DNA from: Phoronis australis
Lineage: Eukaryota > Animalia > Phoronida
NCBI GenBank assembly: GCA_002633005.1
Contig: NMRA01000300.1
Location: 10,336-74,335, forward strand
DNA: 64,000 nt
Direction of reading: 5' to 3'
This document shows positions 37,679 to 49,365 of the stretch, in pieces (the stretch's first letter is position 1; each line of letters starts with the position of its first letter). The position numbers and the translations under genes were made by a program. Under the pieces are notes generated by a model. That model saw only the letters and a program-made list of their open reading frames with translations, did no database searches and had not been told where the DNA came from.

Positions 37679-38512
37679 CATTCGTTCACGCTAATACAAA
37701 GTTATCCCACAGTCCGATCAGACCGTACGGCTGATCTGCCCTCTGGCGGAAAAATCACACATGAAGTGTCGACAAACTCCTAATCCCGCTTTCATACGCG
37801 GTTTCTACACTTGCAAAAGTTTGCCAAGTGTTGAGGGTTTATCATATAGGGCATATTATGTATGATAACTCCATTTTCATCGGCACCAGTTTAGCGGGGT
37901 GCATACCCAAACTCGGCATATTGATCAGTAACTCTCCATTCGGGATCTCTTCCATGTCCAGTGCATTTTAACCCTTAGTGCACAGTAGACAGAATGCGCC
38001 TCATTATTTCAACGATGACTACGCTTCTCAGCTACGGCAAGCTAATTCACGTGCCCTGATTGTTGTCCTCGTTTACACTGAAATACATTGCTGTTCCCTC
38101 ACAGAATTTCCTCTAAATTAGCAAAATATTACCAGTTTCTAATCAACACGACCAAACAAAAATTTGCACGAATTATTTCCAGGCAGTAGTGTGCTAATAC
38201 ACTCAGTTACACGACTAATCCTTTATTCAGTATTTGTGATGCGGATGGGAGCGTAATACAAAATTTATTTTCTGACTTACGTCTGAAGTCACTGTCCGAC
38301 TCCATGCCAGAACGCCTTCAGTGACGTAACTGATTACGTTTGAGTACATTATGAAGATGAGTTTACGCGTTATTTGAATTCTCATCGTAACTGAAGATGG
38401 TGGAGTAACAGTCTAACACACGTTACCAAAGAGCCGTATCAGGAGTCATGAACTAAGTCTGTATGAAACAGAACAATTACATGTCACCATATCCTTATCA
38501 AAACGTTCTGAA

Positions 38513-38843
38513 TTGCGTGTAATGATTTGTAAGCTCACACAGGGTTGTGCAGTTTAGCTCTGCGTGTAATTATTTGTAAAACCACACACAGTGGGCACTT
38601 TAGCGGTGCGTGTAATGATTTGTAAGCCAACACAGTGTTGTGCAGTTTATCTCTGTGTGTAATAATTTGGAAGATCTCACAGTGTTGTGCAGTTTATCTC
38701 TGTGTGTAATAATTTGGAAGCTCTCACAGTGTTGTGCAGTTTATCTCTGTGTGTAATAATTTGGAAGCTCTCACAGTGTTGTGAAGTTTAGCTCTGTGTA
38801 CGTGTAATGATTTGCAAGCGGCTCATACAGGGCTGTGCAGTTT
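38513..38843. repeat. ~47-bp minisatellite
   Basis: About 7 copies of gtgtaataatttggaagctctcacagtgttgtgcagtttatctctgt. Confidence 0.9.
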
Positions 38844-41800
38844 TGGCCAACATATGGAACTAAATATTTGTGAAACATTGCGGATCATCTCGCCCTAATA
38901 AAATTCCTATCTCTACAGTTTATGTTATATCGTGTTTTCACTCAATTTACCGTTACCTAAGTTCTTTAGCGGTTCCCTATGTTACGCAATAGTGCACTGA
39001 TACTAAGTGTTTCATTAAACTTACGCAGCAACTTCATTAATTACTGCTAATTTCCGGAAAGGCAAAGTTGACTCTTTTCGTAAACACACTGCGACAACGC
39101 ACTGTGCCTTGCTGTGGGACTAGACAAGAACAGAAGTGTTCGTGACACCATCTAAGCGGAGGATAACTCTCCTGCAATTTGACTGGTTGGAACCCTTGTG
39201 AATGAAAACCTCAGTTTTATTCATTGTAAACATTTGTCCCTCGGTTACAGTTCAACAGACAAACAATAAAGCCAAGGCGACTAGAGCGACATCATTTCTA
39301 ATTTAATGGTGGCATTTCGGAAGGACGAATTGTAATTAACGTTGCCAAATTACTAGCATTATTTGAAAATCGATACCCAGTGTATGATACTAAGTACTGC
39401 GAAAAAGGTTCCCCGTACACTGTGTATATATACAATGGGAGTGAAAGCAGTCATGGATTCTGCCAAACGTCACTTTAATATTTCCAAAAAATAGCTTACC
39501 AGAATTTAATGGAATCTGCTTGTCAGTTGTGTCAAACAGAGTAGTTGGAATTAATACCCACACCAACGTTTTATCACAATAACGTCTGCAAACTTGTAGG
39601 CACAATGTACCTGTACTGACGTGTGCATGTAAGACTAGTTGTCAATAAAAGAAGACACTACATAATGGCGGCATAATTACTGAATTGCAGGGAATATATA
39701 TGTACATGAAACAAAATGCGAACACTCGAACCAAAACACCGGTGCCTCCATGTACGTAGGCCTACAGTATCATAATCAGCTTTGTCATCTGCGGAAGACG
39801 TTCCGCTGGCGCCTTAAGAAAATCCACAATTTGAACTCTAAAGTAGGTTAGCATGTTTTATTTCGCAACAATTTGCTTCCTGCCGAGGAGCAAATTGCTT
39901 TCTAATGAGACAGGTAGAACGAGCAGGTAGATGACTCAAGAATGAACAGCCGGTCTGCGAGCAGTGCTAAACTGGCCGAAAGGCACACTTAGAAATGGTT
40001 TGCACTCGGCAGTGTTTGACCGTCTCAGTTACGCAGGATACTCAAATGAGACAGGTATACATAAAATACTAGACATAGACTGGGTCCAGGGCTCTGGAGT
40101 TATTGTCCGAGAACACCGTCAGAGAGTCTCATAAGTAACTGGATATCAGTCACTCTCCGTGATTCTCCACCAGTGCACATGAAGGTCCTCAATTTTGAAA
40201 AAAATAACGGTGTTTGTTTTCAAAACACTTGATCTACAATATGCTCATCATTTCAGTTGTTACCAAATTTTGTTTTATACATGTAGACTCAGGAAGTGAC
40301 AAAACCACTCAGTTAGCAACAACTGAGTCCAAAGTGTTCAACACAGCGTCGGCCTATTATTTGGTATTCTTGCATTGGAAATAGAGGTTGGGAGGTACAC
40401 TGAGAGGAAATAGCTAGGTTCTGTCGTTTATGTGGTCTCAAAGCTATAGAAGATGATATTCATTTTGTATGTCACTGTACTCTATATCACGACTTCCGTG
40501 GAAAACTATATAATGAGGTCAGAAACTTGCATTCCTTTTGTTAGATTTTTTCTGATGTAGTTAAGCTTAGTTTTTAATGATTAATTTGTTCAGTGATTTT
40601 TTTGTTCATGAATCATTTTCATAATTAGTGACTTGTAACCTCAAAGCGTGTCTTCAAATTCTGAATAAATTTAAGCACATGTCACTTAAATAAACAAATA
40701 TACTGCTACTATATTATTCATATTCGTTCGGAAATAAAATACATAAGGCGTTCAATTCATAGATATGTGATATCTGTGACCACACTGGTTGACCTCTTGT
40801 TTTCCTACACAAGTTTCAGTCGATGCCTTCCAGTTGCAAGTTGTGCAGTAATGACATCACTTATAGACAAAGTAACTATCACAACTGTGACCTGCGTGTA
40901 GGTGACGAAATATACAAGACAGTCCCGAAACAGATGGTGCTACTGCATGTTCACATCCTCACAATTCAACGTTCGTTTATTTAATAAGCAAGTCGGGTAT
41001 TAAAGATTACTTTGCGCATGTATCCTCAGAGTCCCCTCGTACACTTGCAAAGCACATGTAGTATGGAACACCACTAGCGTCACCTTGTGACATGTCTTTT
41101 CTGACACGTGACGAGTCAGTTCCAACACGCTGACGCGTCAGTGATGCTGTAGAAGTTCTTAAAAGAACTAACCAGTGACCAGTGTTAAGGTACGTAGTGT
41201 GTTGACCAACCCAATGGGATCGTCATGTGTTGACGTGACTGACAATTACATAGGCTGAGCATTTGACACAAAGAAAAAATATGAAAAATGGCCAGCACTG
41301 TCTCACACAAAAACAGAACCTACACAATGTCCTGTCTCCACTGAGCAATACTAGTACATCTTCACTGATTAAGCAAATAGAACATACAATAACTCAACAA
41401 CTGTTGACACAGCACGTCACAGACATCAAATCCTCACAGCGTTGCCCTCGTTCAGTTGGATAACAGTCTTTCAACATTTTGACATGCGACTCTAACGCAG
41501 AAGCCACCGTTGAAGGCCTACTTTTGCAGGATGCTACACTTCACAGAAAAGACCCGTCACAAGGTGACGCTACAGGTGTTTCATAATGTAAAGGCACACC
41601 GTATAACAGCTGAACGATATTCACTGTAAAAAAGAGAAGAACAATCATTCATAAATACATAACACGCACTGAATCCTGCCGCGAACATGTGTAGGGAATA
41701 GTGTGATATTAATCAAGGTCCAAGAAACGTTCTCAAATTATATGATTGGCCGCTCTCTGCAGTAGCTGAGAGAGACATTTTTACCTGTGCACTTTTTCAC

Positions 41801-42295
41801 ACCTGTCTGTATGACGTCATGTGTCGCGCCAGTTGTTTTATATTACTGTCCACTGACAATGACGGAGGTGTCCGATCTAAGACAGCGGTGTCCGATCGAA
41901 GACCCACGAGCCCGTTTCATGAAAAGTTACTACTGAATATGTCAGGCGTCAGACCAAAATTATGTCTATTGAATTAAGACGAAAATTCGGGCTTTAAGTT
42001 AAGACAGGTAACAAAAATTCAGGAAAGACAGTTTCATGAACGCTAAGTCTTTTTTGGACTTCGGTTGTAACTCACACAGTAAGTCGAGTTTTGGCATCGG
42101 TGACCATTCAAACTACGCTTTCGCCACCTATTGTGAGTTCAAGAAACTACGCGAAATGGTATTTGACTACGGTTTCAAGAATACGTTTGGGCTCGAAACA
42201 CTACTTTTTGGTCGTCACTTTTTACGAATGCAAATTTGGGAATAGGGATGGCGGAATGTGCCGCAGTCTGAGGGCAACGGAAACGCTGTTGGCGT

Positions 42296-42346
42296 AGCAG
42301 CAGCAGCAGCGGCAGCGGCAGTGGCAGAAGCAGCAGCGGCAGAAGC

Positions 42347-42420
<74 letters not shown>
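42296..42420. repeat. (CAG)n microsatellite
   Basis: About 40 CAG/CGG-like triplets, which produce the poly-Ala and poly-Cys ORFs. Confidence 0.95.
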
Positions 42421-42422
<2 letters not shown>

Positions 42423-43485
42423 TAGTAGTGATGCTCTGCTACTGCTACTGCTGATGCTGATGCTGCTATGGCCACGCTGAACTCGTATTAGTAAAGCTGT
42501 AGTAACAGTAAGCAGCCAAACACTAAAGCACATGTATAATACACAGCTTATTGCATGGTAACAACTGTCTTGTGTAAAATTGACCTGTTGGCAGGATATT
42601 TTGAAAGTCGAATATGCTGACCCCCTGTGGATATATTGACCCATTATGTCCAGTTTGAACCACTGCGTCCATTTTCCCCGAATGTGTAAATCTTGGCACC
42701 AATGTGTCAATTTCCATTCAACTTGTATTTGACATTCTTCGGTTTAACCATTATTACAGTATCGAGTACGACTGATTCAACTATTGACCATATCCCCAAA
42801 GCAGATTTTCACCAGAGAGGTTTAAATACGTTGGACTGGAATGTCAATCTGAAACCAGATTATATTCCGGTTTAACACTTGCATGTCAAAAAACGGCCAT
42901 TAATTCCGTTTTCATCCATTATGTTGTTGACTATAATGGGATGGAGCAGACGTCAAGCTGGGATATTGTAATCACTGTAGTAGTAGGCTCCGAATTCACC
43001 ACGTCATCCATTTACGATTTTTCAGAATTTTACGATAACAAGAATGGATTAGGCAGAGATCGGCTCACAAAATGATGATTTCTCAAACACGCTAATTGTT
43101 GTTGAACTTTGAATGGGCTTTAATGCCTCCTATTTTGTGTGTTTTTCCTTGTATATAGACAGTCTGACATTGTTGGCCATTACAGTTCACAAAGTGGTTT
43201 AATTGTAGGGAAAATGGTCGTGTTTTCTTCTAACTCGATGCGATATCGTAAAAAGGAGGTTAGTTAGCTGACTTAGGTGTACATGAAAAACGTTGGCCTA
43301 CTAAATGGCGTATTCATGAGGCCGAGGCGAGTTGTGGTGGTAAACATGAAAGTAGTTCTATTTGTTTCTGAATGAGGGTTTATAGTTTTCATTAAATCCA
43401 TACTTAACTGTGTTTACACGATGTTGGTTTTTAGCCAAACTTGCAGTAGAAAATTTGGAACGATTGCTGATAACATGTTGCATTT

Positions 43486-43579
43486 ACACACACACACACA
43501 CACACACAAACACACATACANNNNNNNNNNNNNNNNNNNNNNNNNNNNNNNNNNNNNNNNNNNNNNNNNNNNNNNNNNN

Positions 43580-43617
<38 letters not shown>

Positions 43618-43645
43618 GCCGCACATGCGCACACAAGCACGCACG
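43486..43645. repeat. (CA)n microsatellite spanning an assembly gap
   Basis: CA runs lie on both sides of the N run at 43521-43579. Confidence 0.95.
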
Positions 43646-46193
43646 CTAACACACACTGTGTTTTTATAGTATTAACAGTAAGTTACATAACCACGGTAGA
43701 CCATCTAAATCAAACTTTCAAACAACACAATACCCCAATGACACTTGTAAAAATGTTGAAGTCAGCATCGCGGCTAAAGTTTTGCGCGTAATTCGGCCGT
43801 GGGAGAGACCTCCCTCCTTTTAAAGCACAACTACCCACTGTCTGGCACGACGAAGGTACGTTTTAGCTAAAAAATGACTTCCAAATATCCGTCCGCGGCA
43901 GAATAGGTATTAACGTGGAGGTTAAAACTCAGCGACAGTTTATTAGAAATACAACTGTAGTTTGACTGTTCTAGTGGAGTTGAAACAGTTGTGATATATG
44001 CTTTAGGGTGATATGACAACATAACTTGAGAAAGAACAGGTGAAGTTGACTAATAACTATTTTTGAAAAGTGTGTAAAGCATTGGACACTAGGTGTCACT
44101 TAACTGTGGTACGCAAAGATTGATAACTACTGCAATAACCATTGAAATGACGACGAAGATGACGGTATTTGATAATGTATAAAAATCAAAACAAATATAC
44201 TGTTTTCTGAAAATCCTGCTGGCAGGGCGAGGGGATGTAACTGGCTACAAGCACGCACAAAGAGTATAAAATCGTTTTCAGCTTCTTGGAAGATTGTTGT
44301 GAATAGTCTGGTTACAGTTAGTTTCATATCCATGTCCCGGCGAGTCTTTAATTTTCCCAATTCCCAAAGCACCTCTCTCTTCTATCTCACTCAAGGAACG
44401 ATAATTGCTAGCGGAGGAGAAAATGTCGTGTTAATTTGTTGACGACAGTTGGTCGTAATTACTCCGCGCTATCCACAATTAAGACTTTTCTTGAAGTAAT
44501 TTACCCACTGATGACGTCACTCATTTGTTAGGACGGTCTTCCGCAGTATCAGTTGTTAAACGTTTTGTTGTCGAGCAAGGTGTGTTGGTTTGGACGGAAA
44601 AACATAGCAGAAAGCCGCAAGGTAAGAAAACAGAATACTAACAACAAAAGTTTTCATAATCGCCGATCTAACAAGTTAACGACTAAAGTTGTGACGAGTA
44701 TATGTATGTATAACAACTCACTCTTTAGTGAGATCGTGATCGTTGTGTTTTTTCCTTTTCAAACTTTATGAAAACATTGTGGCTGCTGGTTTATTTAAAA
44801 CACTCATTGCAATATATGGTAAACTCGTAGTAATTAGACTAATTGTGATTAACTTTTTTAAACGTGGAGATATGAATGTTAATAAATCGATAACTGTTTA
44901 GTCAAAATAATGAAAGAGGATTAATGTCAAAGTACAGTACTTCAAAATAATTCACACGCTTACACGAATACATTCATTTAGTTTATATGCACGTTAACCA
45001 AGTCACGCGTCCAGTCAGAAAACAGAGTTACTCTTTCACTAGCACGTTGTGAATATATTTGTGGTGAGAATCGTCGATTTTTTCAGAATCTATTAATCCA
45101 AAATTCCGTTCTGATCGGCTTTGATTGACGATATCACAGAGAACTGGCAAATCTGTTCATTATGATAGGCTATGAGACCGGAAGGAAGCTTATGCATGTT
45201 TCTTCTGCGAACATCAGGCGACACTGTCCTTGGAAGATTTGCGTGCGTCCGAGGTCACTTTGCCCTGACTTTTAAACAACGTTTAGCAACTCTGGACAAA
45301 TATTTGCCAGCGCCTGATGAGACACCATCTCTACTTTTACGGAGATTTTTATTTTTACGGAAATCGCACCATCCACTTAGTTGTCTAAAGACCGGATGTA
45401 ATGCTCACTGCGGTTTCCGGGCTGAATTTTTTGTATTATATTGTTGTGCATGTGTAACTGTTACTTTAGAGTCTTGAACTGAACTTAAATCATGATTTTT
45501 GCTAGTGGCGATGTCGATGACGTAAGCCCAGACTATACTGACGAGGGAAAAAAGAAGCAAACGAAATTTACATGAACACTAAATGCAATATAAATCACGC
45601 ATCCTATTCCTTTAATGCACTTTTGACACACTGGACATAAATTGAATGCCGCTGATATCAATAATCAAAACAATTACTTTTTCATATTCTCGAAAAAACA
45701 AGGCTATCAAGACTCGTAAATGTACCAGTTTCATATACGGTATACCGATGTGCCCGTGAACAAATAGTGACGAAATAATGTATTTTTCTTTTGTTCAGCA
45801 AATTGTTTCCCATAGGCGCATGCGCCTAAGCTTCACCTAGAAATTATTAGTTAAACGTCAATCTGAATGCAAGTGAACGTCTACCATCGTATAATATTTA
45901 AAACAATGGCTCCGTGGTTTTACTCAGCTGCATGCGCCTTGTTCCGGATATGTAGGGGCTTCTTCACAATAAGGCGTACGGGCAAAATTTGTGTATATAC
46001 AGGGTAAGTTTAGGAATGACGCACAATTGCATACGGCAGTCTGACAGTTTACGAACTTACTGGCTACGATGACAGCAATAGCGGCAGTGTCACTTAGGCC
46101 CGTAGCCAGGGGGAGTTCGGGGGGTTCGATCGAACCACCACGCGGAAAAGGTCGAGCCCAAGCCTATCCGTTAGCGATGGGGTATAGATGGAA

Positions 46194-46258
46194 AACAACA
46201 ACAGCAACAACAACAACAACGACAACGACAACAACAACAACAACAAAAACAACAACAA
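46194..46258. repeat. (AAC)n microsatellite
   Basis: Directly visible. Confidence 0.9.
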
Positions 46259-46497
46259 AATTGTTGCTGTTACTGGTACAATGTAGTACTAACTACAATT
46301 AAAACTAAGTTAGGTGGATTTGCTTCTGATTCAAAGCGCTTCGCTTAAGCGTCGAGCCCTACCCGGCCCCAGGGCCCAATTTCCCCCGAGTTGTATTTAC
46401 GCAGATGACAGGTTCGCGCAGACGATTAGAGAAGGCTTTATGTAATATTCACTGGCATTAAACATGCGTGGTTGCTACAAGATTTTCTTCGATATTA

Positions 46498-46764
46498 TCG
46501 TTGGCCAAATGAGTAAGCGTTACGCCGTTAAATTACGCGCGCAAGTTGATTCTTGTTAGAGGCGTACAGTAATTTTTTACGCCGTAAATAATTATCACAT
46601 TACAACGTAAAGTAAGTATTTGCGGCGCTAAAAGTTACTTTACGCCGCAAATATTTACTTTACGACGCAAATAATTTTTTTTATGCCGTACTTAATTACT
46701 CCTGTAACAAGAATTATTTACGCACGTAATTTAACGGCGTAACGTTCACCCGTTTGGCCAACGA
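46498..46764. mobile_element. Foldback MITE with TA TSD (267 bp)
   Basis: TA|tcgttggccaaatgagtaagcgttacgccgttaaattacg ... cgtaatttaacggcgtaacgttcacccgtttggccaacga|TA, with internal tttacgccg(t/c)aa repeats. Confidence 0.85.
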
Positions 46765-48033
46765 TACATCATAGGGTAACACGGGAATCCAGAAGTAAAT
46801 GTCTATAACTAGCTAAGCTTTAAAACAGCGAAATAGCTCTCAAAAAGTAGTGTGGCGTGAATGTCTTAAAATCGACCAAGAAAAATATTAGCAGAAAATA
46901 TGATTGTTATCTGCTATTTTGGTGTACTGGCTAACATAGTAGGGTAAGGTGCAGACATTTTAAATTTAGAATTGAAGGTGATCGCCAAATGATTGTTGTT
47001 CATCCAATGTCCACTTTCATTGTGGATTGGTGGCTTGACATGTATGCGGGTGTACACACTTGTGCGCTTTTATTCTTTTAAACCCAATACACGCCAACGG
47101 TAAGTTCACTATAGGCAGTCTTCTGTCGTTGCTCAAACAAAAAACAGACTTTAACTACCGTGTGTTCTTGCACTGAGGAAACGAGCATGTTCACAGTATT
47201 AGGGAAAAGCAGGTCTAGACTTAATGAAACTGTGGTCAATGAAGAAATTGTTCCCTTGTCCATCAATGACAACGGTGCACAGCCTCGCAGACTTCGCACG
47301 AGCATCAAACTTGATTGAAAAGATTTCCAAGGTTACTTGTCACTATTCCGAGGGTTCACTTCTCGGAAAATCCACTACTCTGAAGTTTCACTACTCCGAC
47401 AATTCATTACCTGTGATTGTCTGCTAATAATGTGTCGGAACTGACATAATGAAATATTGTTTTTGTATCCATTGAGTAACCAAGTAAAAGGTATGCAAGA
47501 GATGAACAGTTCTTAAAACATTGATTGCATTGTTTACAAATGAGCTTCGTTCCGATCACTGCCAATCGTGACTTCTTAAATCTAACTAGCGACTCATTCT
47601 CAAGCAGGGACAACATTTGCGGCAGGGTCAGGGCTGCGGCGACCTGAAAACTGAATGGGACTCTCTGACTTTGTGAAAACTGGGAGGACCAGGGTAGCCT
47701 TCTAAGTACATTTAGTTTCGACCACTTCCGTACGGTGAGTTAATTATTCGTCAATATCCCTGCTTCGTATTCGTTTGAAAGGATAGTAAACCCTGTGATG
47801 ATTTTCACCAATCCTCGTTCTGTCACCTGCTAATTCATCACTGACGTAAATCTCCCAAGTTAAAAGTATACTAAACCTTGTTTTATCCTATTAACAGATA
47901 CTAAAAACGACTTTCCCATCCAGTTCTCTGAAACGAAATAATGCTCGGCTCGACTACCCTCTAAAGTTTTGAGGAAAATCAGAAAACTCCTTACAAATTC
48001 TGCTAAAGGAGCAAGCGTGACCTACGCTTTTAA

Positions 48034-48458
48034 TTAGTGCAGTTTACATTACAAAAGTTGACACGGATCAGCTGACACGGAACGAGATGTTCCAGTGTGT
48101 AAACGGGACTGACACGGAACAAATGGACACGGCGGTGACAACTTTTGCCACCCGTTTGTGAGGTGGGGCAATTTGCGCTCGAGCATCTTACTCCGTGTTC
48201 ATTATAAGTCTAAACGCGAAACTGGGGCAAGGCGGAAAGAATCATCTCTACTGCGCCTGTGCAATGACCTACATACGTGTTCTCAGTCTCTGCAACTGCC
48301 GCTATTTGAAAACCTGCGCATGTGCATTCCACTCTCGAGCTTACAACTTCCGTCTTGCCACAGTTAATGAAATTGCGTGTGTAAACGGCCACTTGACACC
48401 GATCAAGTTGCTCCGTGTCAGTTGCTCTGGATCAAAAGTTGATGTCTAACAGGACTAA
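48034..48458. mobile_element. Probable PIF/Harbinger-like MITE
   Basis: Degenerate inverted ends (ttagtgcagtttaca...ctgacacgga / tccgtgtcag...aacaggactaa) with repeated tgacacgg and gtgtaaacgg motifs. The superfamily is inferred from the style of the termini only. Confidence 0.45.
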
Positions 48459-48848
48459 ATTACAAGACATCTGTGCGAAAAGACGACCCACTAAGGACCA
48501 TAATGTCCACTTGGTGAGACAGTGAGTATATGCTCTTAGATGATTCCTGCTTTATCTTTCAAGATTGACGCCAATGATGCAAAAGCAAGTGAGAGAACGA
48601 GGATTGGTTGAAATCATCAAATTAGGGTTTAGAATTCCTTTTAAACAGTACACACCATGGATTTTTGCACATTTTGAATTACCGGTGGCCACAGACTAAA
48701 TGTATGACGTAAAATTTAGCTAAACCCATGTTTATTTTGTGTAATTAGCTCAAAATTTGGATTTTTCTTTCAATTTTGCCAATTTTCACATTTCCCGCCA
48801 TGTGACGTCATGGGTTGAACACAAGAGATCAGTGACTAGCACTGAACA

Positions 48849-49118
48849 ATGGCGGAGACCAGGGAATTTGAAAGTGACGACGATTATGAGCAAGAATTGA
48901 ACGAATACTATGAAGAAACGTATGAGAATGGTGGCCAGGATGAGGAAATGGGGTTGCACGAAAGCGAGAACAGGTTTAATGTGCTTCCGGCTACGTACTT
49001 TTCTACTTTGAGCCTTATGAACTGGATACTCCCGCGAGAGAAGCGGCCTCGGGCTCGGCGAGTCAACCCAGTCATCCAACAGACGATCCTGAATTAAGAG
49101 CTGATGTTTCTGAATGAT
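48849..49118 (+). pseudogene. KolX (P2X7 C-terminal ballast/nanor-like) N-terminal fragment, frameshifted
   Basis: Acidic N-terminus MAETREFESDDDYEQE...NVLP, then after a frameshift FYFEPYELDTP...DPELRADVSE*. This resembles the PYxFEP...R....W pattern I recall for KolX/nanor-like proteins, with TGA where the Trp is expected. Confidence 0.65.
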
Positions 49119-49159
49119 AAATATTGTCCTTTATTGAACCAGGCCTTCATCGTCTCCTG

Positions 49160-49365
49160 TGACTGGAGTCGAAACACGAGTCCTCAAAGTGGGCAGAACA
49201 CAGAGTGGCCCCGGACCGCCGATCGCTTGGTCCACGATGACGTCCCACACTCTCGTTCGGCGCACGAAGTCATGCCACTTCTGCGCAACTTTGGTGTCCT
49301 TCGGAACACCGAGACGTTTTCCGCCTTGCTGCTGTTGCTGCAGCCTCCGGAAACACATCTTTTGA
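49160..49365 (-). pseudogene. THAP zinc-finger domain (Kolobok transposase N-terminus) with two frameshifts
   Basis: Three successive minus frames give KRCVSGGCSNSSKAENVSVF / PKDTKVAQKWHDFVRRTR / LCSAHFEDSCF. Together these form the full C2CH THAP signature with conserved P, W and F. Confidence 0.85.

Noticed and set aside
19526-38843. 22-47-bp tandem arrays as possible CRISPR arrays
   Set aside because: The units are contiguous with no unique spacers, there are no cas genes, and the context is eukaryotic. They are minisatellites.
42215-42710. Poly-Ala and poly-Cys ORFs
   Set aside because: These are translations of the CAG microsatellite, with no domain or exon structure.
42560-42960. Coding-like minus-strand segment with Trp/Gly-rich peptides
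   Set aside because: It is interrupted by stops, and I recognise no family.
43410-43669. HT/CV-repeat ORFs containing X runs (likewise 55352-55751)
   Set aside because: Artifacts of microsatellites and N gaps.
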